Assembly: GCA_033839185.1 (NCBI GenBank)
Contig: JAJLKJ010000026.1
Span: 1 to 44,973, forward strand
Origin: Gammaproteobacteria bacterium
GTDB taxonomy: Bacteria > Pseudomonadota > Gammaproteobacteria > SpSt-1174
Reading direction: 5' to 3'
Length of the DNA stretch: 44,973 bases
In this document: positions 11,395 through 23,290 of the stretch, piece after piece
Position numbering within the stretch: the first letter of the stretch is position 1
Layout of the letters: each line of letters opens with the position of its first letter
The notes under the pieces: generated by a model
The model's input: the letters and a program-made list of their open reading frames with translations, nothing else
Database searches by the model: none
Told to the model about the DNA's origin: nothing
Translations under genes and position numbers: made by a program

Positions 11395-12159
11395 CTACAA
11401 CGACTCCCCGGCCGGCGCGTCCTCCAGCGGAGTGATCGAGTAGCGACGGTAATCCGGCAGCACGAACAGCTCCGGCGAAAGCTGCGCATCCTCCTCGTAA
11501 TCGACCAGTGCACGCGTGTAGCCGTTGTAGCTGCGCTCCTGGATCGGGAAGCCGTGATCGAGATAGCGGGTGGCACCGAAGACCAGGCTGGAGAGCATGC
11601 AGTCGGTCTGGTACTCCACCGGGGTCTTGTTGAGATTGACGGCCTGCTCGCCCGCCAGGGTCTCGTGATACTCGATCAGCGCCAGGCGCGCCTCCTCGAG
11701 CAGGCCCTCCACGGCCACCAGCTCGTGGCAGAGTTCCCCGTTGGTGGTCAGCTCGACCTGCATGGGCGCCCGGCCGCCGATGGTCGGGGCCTGCGGGTCG
11801 CTGGATAGCGTCTCTTCGTCCACCAGGGCGTGCGGTGGCTCGATGCCGATGTCGCGGTGCTCGATGAAGAGGATCTGGCGCATCTCGTGGCTGACGCTGT
11901 AGATCTGGCGCGAGCTGCGGTCGTAGAGCACGAAACCGCCGTCGTCCACACCGTCGTCGATGCGCAGGAAGTCCGGCGTCACCAGCATGCGCACCGCATA
12001 GGGATCGATACCCGGCTCGCTCTCCTGGAAATGCAGCACCAGCTCGCGGCTGCCGTCGGTCCCGGCCGCATCGCCGGCAACCTCATCGTCCGGGCCGGAG
12101 CAGCCGGCCAGTGCCACCAGGGCCAGCAGCCCCAGGACCATCGTCAGTTTCAAACGCAT
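11395..12159 (-). CDS. Uncharacterised lipoprotein (possibly DUF4412-like)
   Basis: Hydrophobic leader with lipobox LAGC; C-terminal 'ELFVLPDY' resembles DUF4412-type tails (tentative). Confidence 0.75.
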   Translation of the reverse strand: MRLKLTMVLGLLALVALAGCSGPDDEVAGDAAGTDGSRELVLHFQESEPGIDPYAVRMLVTPDFLRIDDGVDDGGFVLYDRSSRQIYSVSHEMRQILFIEHRDIGIEPPHALVDEETLSSDPQAPTIGGRAPMQVELTTNGELCHELVAVEGLLEEARLALIEYHETLAGEQAVNLNKTPVEYQTDCMLSSLVFGATRYLDHGFPIQERSYNGYTRALVDYEEDAQLSPELFVLPDYRRYSITPLEDAPAGESL

Positions 12160-12174
12160 GTCTTCATCCCGTCT

Positions 12175-12981
12175 TCAGTTGCTGTCGAGCGCGTTGAGTT
12201 TCGCCAGCTCGGCCTCGGTGAAGCCGGCCTGGCGTCGCGCCTCTTCGTGAAAGGGGCCACGCAGGCGGCCCGTCATGTATTCGTCCAGCAGGTCGAGGAA
12301 GGTCGCCTGCGGGTCCGCGCCACGTTGTTCGCAGCACCAAGCATACCAGCGCGAGCCGATCGCCACATGCCCGATCTCCTCGCGCAGGATGACCTCCAGG
12401 ATCGCCACCGTGCGCGTATCGCCCACCTGGCGCAGCCGCGCCATCATGCCGGGCGTCACGTCCAGGCCGCGGGCCTCGAGCACGCGTGGCACCAGTGCCA
12501 TGCGCACCAGCGGATCGTGGGCGGTCTTCACCGCCATCTCCCACAGCCCGTTATGCGCCGGCAGGTCGCCGTAGGCATGGCCCAGTTCGGCCAGCCTCTC
12601 CTGCAGCAGGGCGAAGTGACTGGCCTCCTCGGCCGCCACGCGCAGCCAGTCCCCGTAATAGGCATCGGGCAGGTCACGGAAGCGGTAGACGGCGTCCAGG
12701 GCGAGATTGATGGCATTGAACTCGATATGGGCGATGGCGTGTACCAGGGCTGCACGGCCCTCGTCGCTGTTGAGACGGCGCCGGGGCACGTCGCGCGGAT
12801 GCACCAGTACGGGCCGGACCGGCCTGCCCGGGATCCCGATGGGGAGCGCTGCGGGCGCCGTCTCGCGCAGGAGTCCGCCGGCCTCCCAGCGGGCCTGCAG
12901 TTCGGCGGCGGCGCTGCACTTGGCCGCCGGGTCGTCCAGCATGAGGGCGGCATGGGCCGCCTGGTAGAGGTTGCGGGTCAT
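12175..12981 (-). CDS. Ferritin-like (DUF455-type) di-iron protein
   Basis: HAIAHIEFNAINLALD, EEASHF, LEARGLDVTP, EEIGHV (paired ExxH motifs). Confidence 0.88.
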   Translation of the reverse strand: MTRNLYQAAHAALMLDDPAAKCSAAAELQARWEAGGLLRETAPAALPIGIPGRPVRPVLVHPRDVPRRRLNSDEGRAALVHAIAHIEFNAINLALDAVYRFRDLPDAYYGDWLRVAAEEASHFALLQERLAELGHAYGDLPAHNGLWEMAVKTAHDPLVRMALVPRVLEARGLDVTPGMMARLRQVGDTRTVAILEVILREEIGHVAIGSRWYAWCCEQRGADPQATFLDLLDEYMTGRLRGPFHEEARRQAGFTEAELAKLNALDSN

Positions 12982-14222
12982 GGCGTCGCACGGGGTGGTG
13001 TCGGGCCGTCGATTTTAAGCCCGATGACGAGATCCATCACGTTGGTCCCGGTAGGGCCCGTACGGATGAGGTCGCCGGCCGCCTCCAGGCAGGGACCCGC
13101 GTCGGCCCCTGCGAGCGCCGCCACCGGATCGCAGCCGTCCAGCATCATGCGCGCCATGCTCTGCCCGTCGACCAGGGCACCGGCGTCCCCGGTCGGGCCG
13201 TCGCTGCCATCGGTGCCGACGGCCAGCAGCCAGATGCCGGCCTCGCCGGCCAGGCGCTGCGCGGCGGCCAGGGCGAGGTGCTGGTTGCGCCCGCCCCGTC
13301 CGGGCCGCGCCGGCAGGCGCACGGTGGTCTCGCCGGCCCAGAGGTGGACACCCGCCGGGCCCTGCCGCAGCGTCTCGGCCAGGCGCCCGCCCACGGCCTG
13401 CGCCTCGCCGGCGAGAAAGGTCTCGTGACGGTACACGGGGTAGCCACGCGCCGCCGCCTCGGTCGCGGCCGCCGCCAGGGCACGCCGGCGGTCGGCCACG
13501 ATCCGGCAGTCGACGGGCGATGCGGCGTCCGGTCTCCGCGGGGGCGGCAGCCCGTCGCGTATCCAGTCCGGCAGGCACTCGGGCAGGGGCGACGGGCCAC
13601 CCGGCACCAGCAGGCCCGAACCGATCACCGCCGGGTCGTCTCCCGGCACGTCGGAGATCAGCAGACAGCACGCCTCCCGCCCGGCGAGCCAGGACAGCAG
13701 GCCACCCCCCTTGATGCGCGAGGCGCGGCGGCGCACGGCGTTGACGGCCGCGATCTCGAGCCCACTGCCGAGGAGCCAGGTGTTGAGGCGGGCAAGCCAC
13801 CCGGCATCGAGCCCCTCGGGCAGGACCTCGACCAGGCTGGAGGCCCCGCCCGAGATCAGGAACAGGAACCGGGCATCCGGCGGGGCATCGCCGAGAAAGG
13901 CCAGCAGGCGCCGGCCGGCCGCGAGGCTCTGCGCACCCGGCACCGGATGGTCGGACTCGATGACCTCGATCCCGGGGCCGGTGGTCAGCCCCTCGGCATG
14001 TCCGCTCTTGGTGATGACGAGACCGGCGGCCAGCCGTTCGCCCAGGGACTGCCGCGCACCGCGCCACATGGCGGCGGCCGCCTTGCCGACGGCCACCACC
14101 CGCCAACGGCCGGCCAGCGGGGTGTCGGCCAGGGCGCGCACCACCGCCGCCTCGCCATTCACCGCCGCCAGCGCGGCGGCGAAGATGGCCAGCAGGTCGT
14201 CACGCGGCCCCGTCATGCGCAT
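12978..14222 (-). CDS. Glycerate 2-kinase, TtuD/MOFRL family (DUF4147 + MOFRL)
   Basis: VAVGKAA, HPVP, LISGGASSL, SDVPGDD, GGRNQ, GTDGSDG, TGPTGTNVMD. Confidence 0.9.
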   Translation of the reverse strand: MRMTGPRDDLLAIFAAALAAVNGEAAVVRALADTPLAGRWRVVAVGKAAAAMWRGARQSLGERLAAGLVITKSGHAEGLTTGPGIEVIESDHPVPGAQSLAAGRRLLAFLGDAPPDARFLFLISGGASSLVEVLPEGLDAGWLARLNTWLLGSGLEIAAVNAVRRRASRIKGGGLLSWLAGREACCLLISDVPGDDPAVIGSGLLVPGGPSPLPECLPDWIRDGLPPPRRPDAASPVDCRIVADRRRALAAAATEAAARGYPVYRHETFLAGEAQAVGGRLAETLRQGPAGVHLWAGETTVRLPARPGRGGRNQHLALAAAQRLAGEAGIWLLAVGTDGSDGPTGDAGALVDGQSMARMMLDGCDPVAALAGADAGPCLEAAGDLIRTGPTGTNVMDLVIGLKIDGPTPPRATP

Positions 14223-15418
14223 CAGCGCAGCTGGTCGAGCCCGCGCTGCAGGTCGGCCTTGAGGTCCTCGACGTCCTCCAGGCCCACGGCGATACGGATC
14301 AGGCCGTCGCTGATGCCGGCATCGGCCCGCTGCTCGGGCGTGAGCCGCCCGTGGGTGGTGGTGGCCGGGTGGGTGATGGTGGACTTGGTATCCCCCAGGT
14401 TGGCGGTGATGGAGATGATGCGCGTGTGGTCGATCACGCTCCAGGCATCGGCCTGGCCGGCGGCGAGCTCGAAGCCGATGATGCCGCCGAAGGCCGACAT
14501 CTGCTGCGCGGCAAGCGCGTGCTGCGGGTGCGAGGCCAGTCCGGGATAGTGCACCTTCGCCACCTGCGGCTGGTGCTCGAGCCAGGTGGCCAGCGCCAGG
14601 GCCCTGGCGCTATGGGCCTCCATGCGCAGCTTCAGGGTCTCCAGGCCCTTGAGAAACACCCAGGCGTTGAAGGGGCTCATGGTGGGACCGGCCGTGCGCA
14701 GGAAGCCGTACACGTCCTTGCCCACGCGCTCGGCATCGCCGACCACGGCACCGCCGATACAGCGCCCCTGCCCGTCCAGGTACTTGGTGGCCGAGTGGAT
14801 GACGATGTCCGCCCCCAGCTCCAGCGGCCGCTGCAGGGCCGGGGTGCAGAAGCAGTTGTCCACCACCAGCAGGCAGCCGTGCCGGTGCGCGATCTCGGCC
14901 AGTGCGCGGATGTCGACGATCTGGGTGAGCGGGTTGGAAGGCGTCTCCACGAACAGCAGCCGGGTGTTGTCCCGGATCGCCGCCTCCCAGGCCGCCATGT
15001 CGGTGAGCGGCACGAAGTCGGTGGCCACGCCGAACTTCTTCATGTAGTTGTTGAACAGCACCGTGGTGGTGCCGAACACGGCACGCGAACAAACCACGTG
15101 GTCGCCGGCCTCGAGCAGGCCCATGCAGGTGGCCAGGATCGCCGCCATGCCGGACGAGGTGGCCACGCAGGCCTCGCCCCCCTCCAGCGCCGCCAGCCGG
15201 TCCTGGAACATGCGCACCGTGGGGTTGGTGAAGCGCGAGTAGATGTTGCCGGGCTCCTGCCCGCCAAAGCGGGCGGCGGCCTGTGCGGCACTCTCGAAGA
15301 CGAAGCTCGAGGTGGGGAAGATGGGTTCGGACTGTTCGCCCTCGGCGGTGCGCGTCTGCCCCGCGCGCACGCCCAGGGTCTCGAAGCCGTAGGCGTCGCC
15401 GCTGTCATCAATGGTCAT
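14222..15418 (-). CDS. metZ: O-succinylhomoserine sulfhydrylase
   Basis: YSRFTNPT, SSGMAA, HSATKY (PLP Lys), NLGDTKSTITHPATTTH; ATG at 15418 with GGAGAGG RBS. Confidence 0.93.
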   Translation of the reverse strand: MTIDDSGDAYGFETLGVRAGQTRTAEGEQSEPIFPTSSFVFESAAQAAARFGGQEPGNIYSRFTNPTVRMFQDRLAALEGGEACVATSSGMAAILATCMGLLEAGDHVVCSRAVFGTTTVLFNNYMKKFGVATDFVPLTDMAAWEAAIRDNTRLLFVETPSNPLTQIVDIRALAEIAHRHGCLLVVDNCFCTPALQRPLELGADIVIHSATKYLDGQGRCIGGAVVGDAERVGKDVYGFLRTAGPTMSPFNAWVFLKGLETLKLRMEAHSARALALATWLEHQPQVAKVHYPGLASHPQHALAAQQMSAFGGIIGFELAAGQADAWSVIDHTRIISITANLGDTKSTITHPATTTHGRLTPEQRADAGISDGLIRIAVGLEDVEDLKADLQRGLDQLR

Positions 15419-15451
15419 GGCTGTTCCTCTCCATTCATTGGATGCGGGCAC

Positions 15452-15484
15452 AAAAAAACCCGCTTCAGCAATGCCAAAGCAGGT
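15452..15484 (-). terminator. Intrinsic terminator (riboswitch expression platform) in the metZ leader
   Basis: ACCUGCUUUGGC-AUU-GCUGAAGCGGGU followed by a U run. Confidence 0.8.
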
Positions 15485-15495
15485 CCCCGTGGACT

Positions 15496-15550
15496 CCCGC
15501 TTTAGCTGCATTTGTTGAGCGCCCGCAAGCTGAGATTCAAATCGGCGCGT
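15496..15550 (-). ncRNA. SAM-II riboswitch aptamer
   Basis: CGCGCCGAUUUGAAUCUCAGCUUGCGGGCGCUCAACAAAUGCAGCUAAAG matches the SAM-II pattern (GCxGAUUU...UUGC..GCGC...AAAUGxAGCUAAA); lies upstream of a Met-biosynthesis gene. Confidence 0.85.
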
Positions 15551-15557
15551 AGCGAAA

Positions 15558-15586
15558 AGCCTATGCCAGCCCCGACGGGCTGTCAA
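15558..15586 (-). promoter_or_regulatory. sigma70 promoter for the metZ leader
   Basis: TTGACA-17 nt-TAGGCT; predicted +1 near 15551, immediately before the aptamer. Confidence 0.7.
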
Positions 15587-15604
15587 ACGGCCGTCACCCT
15601 GGGG

Positions 15605-16258
15605 CTATTCGACGATCACCACCAGACTGTCTTCGGGCAGGGCATCGAAGAGCTCGGCCACGTCGCGGTTGTACATGCGCACGCAGCCATGCGAGGCCGG
15701 CTGGCCGATCAGCCCTTCCTCGTGCGTGCCGTGCAGGTAGATGTAACGCTGGAAGGAATCCACCCCGGGGCCGCGATTGTGGCCCTCCTCCATGCCATCC
15801 AGCCAGAGGATGCGGCTGGTGACATAGTCGTCGTCGGTGAAGCGCGGCTCGTGCACGATCTCGGCCACGACACCCGTATCCTGGCGCGCCCTGAAGATGG
15901 TGCCCAGGGGCGCATCGGCGCCGATCTTGCGCCGCACCCGGTGCACGCCCAGCGGCGTGCGGTTGCTGCCCTCGGCACTGCCGATGCCATAGCGCGAGGT
16001 GGAGACCGGGTAACTGCGCACGAGCCGGTCTTCCTCGAAGTAATGCAGCTGCTGCTCGCCCACGCTCACGATCACCACCCGTTGCTGGTCATGATCGGGA
16101 TAACGGACGGCCAGCTCGTCGAGGACGGGCTGCCAGGGATCGGTAAGCGATATACGTGGCATCAGTTCCTGTGAACTCGCATCATCCCCCGCGGCCTGGG
16201 CGGCAAACGGCAGCAGGCCGGAGACCAGCAGGCACAGCGCCAGTCCGAGCCGTCGCAT
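15605..16258 (-). CDS. L,D-transpeptidase (YkuD family), exported
   Basis: Signal peptide, YPVSTS, TPLG, IYLHGT...ASHGCVRM (HxxxxSHGC); ATG at 16258. Confidence 0.9.
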   Translation of the reverse strand: MRRLGLALCLLVSGLLPFAAQAAGDDASSQELMPRISLTDPWQPVLDELAVRYPDHDQQRVVIVSVGEQQLHYFEEDRLVRSYPVSTSRYGIGSAEGSNRTPLGVHRVRRKIGADAPLGTIFRARQDTGVVAEIVHEPRFTDDDYVTSRILWLDGMEEGHNRGPGVDSFQRYIYLHGTHEEGLIGQPASHGCVRMYNRDVAELFDALPEDSLVVIVE

Positions 16259-16259
16259 C

Positions 16260-17765
16260 TCAGACCGAGTTGTGCAGATCGATGGTGGCCAGCGAGCGAT
16301 CGCGCCTGGACTTGTTGGCGTCGCTGCGCGCCTCCTGGATCGCGTCCAGATAGGCCTGACTGATACCGGAGACGTACTCGCCCGTGAACACCGAGCAGTC
16401 GAACTGCTGCAGGTTGGCGTTGCCCTTGCGCACGGCATCGATCAGGTCCTGCAGATCCTGGTAGATCAGCCGGTCGGCGCCGATGGCCTCGCAGACCTCC
16501 TGCTCGGTACGACCGTGGGCGATGAGTTCGCTGGCGGCAGGCATGTCGATGCCGTACACGTTCGGATAGCGGATCGGCGGCGAGGCGGAGGCGAAGTACA
16601 CCTTGTTGGCACCGGCATCGCGCGCCATCTGCACGATCTCGCCCGAGGTGGTGCCACGCACGATGGAGTCGTCCACCAGCATCACGTTCTTGCCGCGGAA
16701 TTCGAGGTCGATGGGGTTGAGTTTCTGGCGCACGGACTTCTTGCGCTGGGTCTGGCCCGGCATGATGAAGGTGCGGCCGATGTAACGGTTCTTGATGAAG
16801 CCCTCGCGGTACTTCACGCCCAGGGTGTTGGCCATCTCCAGCGCCGAGGTGCGGCTGGTGTCCGGGATCGGGATGACCACGTCGATGTCGTGATCGGGCC
16901 ACTCGCGCATGATCTTCTTCGCGAGCTTGTCACCCATGCGCATGCGCGCCTTGTGCACGAAGACGTTGTCGATCACCGAATCCGGGCGCGCGAAATACAC
17001 GTATTCGAAGATGCAGGGCGAGTACACCGGGTTCTGCGCACACTGCTGCGTGCTGACCTCGCCGTCGATGGAGATGTAGATCGCCTCACCGGGCGCCAGG
17101 TCGCGCACCATCTCGAAGCCCAGCGCGTCCAGGGCCACGCTCTCGGAGGCCACCATGAACTCGGGGCCCTGCTCACCCTCGCGCCGGCCATAGACCACGG
17201 GCCGGATGCCGAAGGGGTCGCGGAAGGCGACGATGCCGTAGCCCGCGATCATCGCGGTCACGGCGTAGGCGCCCTCGCAGCGGCGATGCACGCCGCTCAC
17301 CGCGGCAAACACGTCCTCCGGACTCAGGCGCAGCTTGTCCTGGCGCAGCAGCTCCTGGGCGAAGACGTTCAGCAGGATCTCGGAATCCGAGGAGGTGTTG
17401 ATGTGACGGCGATCCTGCAGGAACAGCTCCTGTTTCAGCTGGTCGGCGTTGGTGAGGTTGCCGTTGTGGCCCAGCGTGATACCGAAGGGCGAATTGACGT
17501 AAAAGGGCTGCGCCTCGGCCGAGGAGGAGCTGCCTGCCGTCGGGTAGCGCACGTGGCCGATGCCCATGTGCCCGCTCAGACGACGCATGTGACGGGTATG
17601 GAAGACGTCGCGCACCAGGCCGTTGTCCTTGCGCAGGTTCAGTCGCCCGTCGTCGTAGGTGACGATACCGGCAGCATCCTGGCCACGATGCTGCAGGACG
17701 GTCAGCCCGTCATACAGCGCCTGATTGACGGGCGAGTGACCTACGATTCCGATGATGCCGCACAT
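16260..17765 (-). CDS. purF: Amidophosphoribosyltransferase
   Basis: MCGI Ntn nucleophile, [20 protein letters not shown] motif. Confidence 0.99.
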   Translation of the reverse strand: MCGIIGIVGHSPVNQALYDGLTVLQHRGQDAAGIVTYDDGRLNLRKDNGLVRDVFHTRHMRRLSGHMGIGHVRYPTAGSSSSAEAQPFYVNSPFGITLGHNGNLTNADQLKQELFLQDRRHINTSSDSEILLNVFAQELLRQDKLRLSPEDVFAAVSGVHRRCEGAYAVTAMIAGYGIVAFRDPFGIRPVVYGRREGEQGPEFMVASESVALDALGFEMVRDLAPGEAIYISIDGEVSTQQCAQNPVYSPCIFEYVYFARPDSVIDNVFVHKARMRMGDKLAKKIMREWPDHDIDVVIPIPDTSRTSALEMANTLGVKYREGFIKNRYIGRTFIMPGQTQRKKSVRQKLNPIDLEFRGKNVMLVDDSIVRGTTSGEIVQMARDAGANKVYFASASPPIRYPNVYGIDMPAASELIAHGRTEQEVCEAIGADRLIYQDLQDLIDAVRKGNANLQQFDCSVFTGEYVSGISQAYLDAIQEARSDANKSRRDRSLATIDLHNSV

Positions 17766-17803
17766 TCAAACCTCACGATTGTGTAACGATGCCCGTAGCG
17801 GGC

Positions 17804-18334
17804 TTAACTAGCATAGGAGAAGTAGTGGGCCACGTGATCCGGCAGCAGCTGCAGGGCCCAGACGGCCACCTGCTCGAAGGGCGGGATCAGCAGCGAGTTC
17901 TGCCAGAAGCCGGCGCGCGGTGCCGTGGTGAGCCCCGCGAGCAGCAGCAGCGCCACCACCAGCAGGCCGCCGCGCAGCACGCCGAAGCCGGCGCCGAGCA
18001 GGCGGTCGGTGGCGGTGAAATTGGCCACCTGCACCAGATAGCGCAGCAGGAACTGGACGATGGCGCCGACGATCCAGGTCAGGACGAACAGGATGACCAT
18101 GGCGATGCCGACCTTGAGGTTGTCGAGCCGGAATTCCAGCTCGCCCAGGCTGAAGCTCGCGCTGGAGAGCGCGTCGGGCAGCACCGAGGAAAAGGCGGCG
18201 GAGAAGCGGATGGCGACCCAGACGGCCAGTATCCAGGTGGCCAGCGACACGGCCTCCTTGATCAGGCCGCGATAGGCGCCCACCACGGCGGATATGGCAA
18301 TCACGCCCAGGATGACAAGATCGAACCAGCTCAT
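17804..18334 (-). CDS. cvpA: CvpA family membrane protein
   Basis: RGLIKEAVSL, DRLLGAGFG; lies between dedD and purF. Confidence 0.92.
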   Translation of the reverse strand: MSWFDLVILGVIAISAVVGAYRGLIKEAVSLATWILAVWVAIRFSAAFSSVLPDALSSASFSLGELEFRLDNLKVGIAMVILFVLTWIVGAIVQFLLRYLVQVANFTATDRLLGAGFGVLRGGLLVVALLLLAGLTTAPRAGFWQNSLLIPPFEQVAVWALQLLPDHVAHYFSYAS

Positions 18335-18426
18335 TGGATTGGCGGGATCAGTCCTCGAAGGGATCGGTCGTGGTGTGTGAGGCCGGCAATTCTAACAGAG
18401 CCGGCGGCGTGAAGACATGCAAAACC

Positions 18427-19014
18427 TCAGGGCTGCGAGACCACCAGGCCCTTGAGCCCCTGCTCCTGCTCCAGGCGCACGGCCAGCCCCTCGGCATCGG
18501 CGCGCGCGGCCGGCGGCCCCACCTTCACGCGATACACGTGAATCTCGCCACTGCTGAAGGGCTCGACGAAGGCCTCGAAGCCCTTCTCACGCAGGCTCTT
18601 GCGCAGCGTCTGCGCGCGCCCCTCCTCGCTGAAGCTGCCGACCTGCACGACCCAGCCCTCTTCGGTCACGGCCTCGCCACGCTCGGCGGGTGCGGAGGGC
18701 GTGGCCCGGGCCACGGACTCGGCCGGCCTGGGCCTGGCCGTCTCGGCGGGCGCCGGGGCCGGCGCTGGAGCCGACTCCGGGGCCTGTTCCGGGGCCGGCG
18801 CCTCGGCCGGCAGGCTGCGCTCGACCGGCTCGGGCACCGTCGGCCGTTCCGGCAGACGCGCCGGCGCCGGGAACAGCGGTTCCGGCGGGATGTCCATGTC
18901 CACCCGCACATGGCCTTCCCGGCCCGAACCGTCGAGCAGCATGGGCAGGAAGATCGCGGCCAGGGCGATCAGCACGGCGAGTCCGACCAGTCGTTGCTTG
19001 ATGGGGGTATCCAC
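18427..19014 (-). CDS. dedD: SPOR-domain cell division protein (DedD-like)
   Basis: KQRLVG...IFLPMLLDG TM, Pro/Ala linker, WVVQVGSF...YRVKVGP SPOR domain; GTG start at 19014 or 19029. Confidence 0.85.
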   Translation of the reverse strand: MDTPIKQRLVGLAVLIALAAIFLPMLLDGSGREGHVRVDMDIPPEPLFPAPARLPERPTVPEPVERSLPAEAPAPEQAPESAPAPAPAPAETARPRPAESVARATPSAPAERGEAVTEEGWVVQVGSFSEEGRAQTLRKSLREKGFEAFVEPFSSGEIHVYRVKVGPPAARADAEGLAVRLEQEQGLKGLVVSQP

Positions 19015-19045
19015 GCTGTCTCTCGTCACTCAGTGGGCACGGGCA

Positions 19046-20311
19046 TTATAGGCATCGGTCCAGCACGGCGGCCACGGTGTAGAAGGAACCGAAGACGATG
19101 ATGCGGTCGCCGGGCAGGGCCGCGCGGCGGGCCGCCTCGTAGGCCTCGAAGACCGTGGGGCGCCGCTCCACCCCGGTGCCGGCCGGCACCAGTGCCTGCA
19201 GCTCGTCGGCCAGCGCCTGGGTCGGACGCGCCCGCGCGACATCCAGGCCGCCGACATACCAGGCATCGACCAGGGGAAGGAACGGCCGGGCGATGGCCTC
19301 CAGGTCCTTGTCGGCCAGCACGGCGCACACGGCCAGGGTCTGTCCGGCGACGGGCTCGGCCGCCAGGGTCTGGGCAAAGACCCGCGCACTGTCCGGGTTG
19401 TGGGCCACGTCCAGTATGGTCTCGGCGGGCCCGGGCAGCCGCTGGTAACGCCCGCCCAGACGGGCCGTGGACAGGCCGACCTCGATATGGGCGCGCGAGA
19501 CCGGCAGGCGTTCGCGCAGCAGCTCCAGGCCCATCAGCACGCAGGCGGCGTTGTCGTACTGGATGGCCCCGGCCAGCGCGGGGCGGGGAAGTTCGTCGAG
19601 GCGCCGATCGTCCGTGCGCCAGCTCCAGTCGGTCTCCCCGGTCTCGACGTCGAACTCCTCGCCGATGCGGTAAAGCCGCGCCCCCACGGAGGCGGCATGG
19701 GCCAGGATCGAGCCCGGCGGCTCGCGATCGCCGCAGACCACCGGGCGCCCGCCACGCATGATCCCGGCCTTCTCCCGGCCGATGGACTCGCGGTCCTCGC
19801 CCAGCCACTCGACGTGGTCGAGACCGATGCTGGTGATCAGCGCCAGGTCGGCGTCGAGGATGTTCACGGCATCCAGCCGGCCACCGAGACCGACCTCCAG
19901 CAGGATCACGTCCACCGCCTGCTGGCGGAACACCTCCAGGGCGGCCAGCGTGCCGAACTCGAAATAGCTGAGGCTGATATCCCCGCGTGCCGTATCGATG
20001 CGCGCGAAGGCCTCGCAGAGGACCTCGTCGGTGACGGGATGACCATCCACGCGCACACGCTCGTTGTAGCGCAGCAGATGCGGTGAGGTGTAGGCGCCTA
20101 CGCGCCGGCCGGCGGCCTGGTGGATGGCCTCGAAATAGGCCACGCAGGACCCCTTGCCGTTGGTACCGGCAATGGTGAGGACGGGGGCGTCGGGCCGGGT
20201 CAGGCCGAGCCGCCGGGCCACCTCACCGACGCGCTCCAGGCCCAGGTCGATGGCGGTGCCATGCGCGGTCTCCTGCCAGGCCAGCCATTCGTCGAGGGTC
20301 TGAAAGCGCAT
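19046..20311 (-). CDS. folC: Dihydrofolate synthase/folylpolyglutamate synthase
   Basis: AGTNGKGS, YTSPHL, LEVGLGGRLDAVN, DVAHN, FGSF. Confidence 0.98.
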   Translation of the reverse strand: MRFQTLDEWLAWQETAHGTAIDLGLERVGEVARRLGLTRPDAPVLTIAGTNGKGSCVAYFEAIHQAAGRRVGAYTSPHLLRYNERVRVDGHPVTDEVLCEAFARIDTARGDISLSYFEFGTLAALEVFRQQAVDVILLEVGLGGRLDAVNILDADLALITSIGLDHVEWLGEDRESIGREKAGIMRGGRPVVCGDREPPGSILAHAASVGARLYRIGEEFDVETGETDWSWRTDDRRLDELPRPALAGAIQYDNAACVLMGLELLRERLPVSRAHIEVGLSTARLGGRYQRLPGPAETILDVAHNPDSARVFAQTLAAEPVAGQTLAVCAVLADKDLEAIARPFLPLVDAWYVGGLDVARARPTQALADELQALVPAGTGVERRPTVFEAYEAARRAALPGDRIIVFGSFYTVAAVLDRCL

Positions 20312-20335
20312 GGGCCCGCAGCGGTCCGGGCGGGA

Positions 20336-21196
<861 letters not shown>

Positions 21197-21245
21197 GGTG
21201 GTGTCCTCAATCCTGTCGTTGTTCTCTGTCGATCCCGTGGGCCGC

Positions 21246-22060
21246 TCAGGCGGCCTTCACCGCGGCATCCATGGCCTCGCGCATGGCGCTCAACAATGCC
21301 CCGACCTGCTCCCGCGCGACCTCGGGCTGGGTCACGTTTTCGGCAATACGCCGCACGATGGCGCTGCCGACCACCACGGCGTCGGCCACGGTGGCCACGC
21401 GTGCTGCGGTCTCGGCGTCCGAGATGCCGAACCCCACGCCCACCGGGGTGTGGGCATGGCGGCGGATCGCCGCCAGCTTGTCCGCCACGGCATCCACGTC
21501 CAGGGTCGCGGCGCCGGTCACGCCCTTGAGCGAGACATAGTAGACGAAGCCGCTGGCCGCCTGGCAGATGGCGTCGATACGCGCCTCGGTGCTGGTCGGC
21601 GAGAGCAGGAAGATCGGGTCGATGGCCTGGGCCTTCAGGGCCTCGACCAGCTCGTGGCCCTCCTCCGGCGGCAGGTCCACGGTGAGCACGCCATCCACGC
21701 CCACGGCCGCCGCCTCATGGGCGAAGGCCTCCACGCCCATGATCTCGATCGGGTTGAGATAGCCCATGAGCACCACCGGGGTGTCCTGGTCCTGCTCGCG
21801 GAACGCGGCCACCATCTCCAGGACGTTGCGCAGGCTGACGTGGTGTTCGAGGGCGCGTTCGCAGGCCTGCTGGATCACCGGGCCGTCGGCCATGGGGTCG
21901 GAGAACGGCACGCCCAGCTCGATGAGGTCGGCGCCGGCCGCCACCATCGCATGCATGAGCGGGACGGTGGTCTCCGGCCGCGGGTCGCCGGCGGTGACGT
22001 AGGGGATGAGGGCCTTGCGGCCCTGCGCCCGGAGGTCGGCGAAGCGATGCGGGATACGGC

Positions 22061-22064
<4 letters not shown>
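21246..22064 (-). CDS. trpA: Tryptophan synthase alpha chain
   Basis: [30 protein letters not shown]; ATG overlaps trpB stop (ATGA). Confidence 0.97.

Positions 22065-23273
<1,209 letters not shown>

Positions 23274-23290
<17 letters not shown>

Noticed and set aside
14222-15586. N-terminal extension of MetZ, or a leader peptide
   Set aside because: The extension runs through the promoter, aptamer and terminator; the RBS supports ATG 15418.
19045-19050. TATAAT overlapping the folC stop as an internal dedD promoter
   Set aside because: No convincing -35 or extended -10; not supportable from sequence alone.
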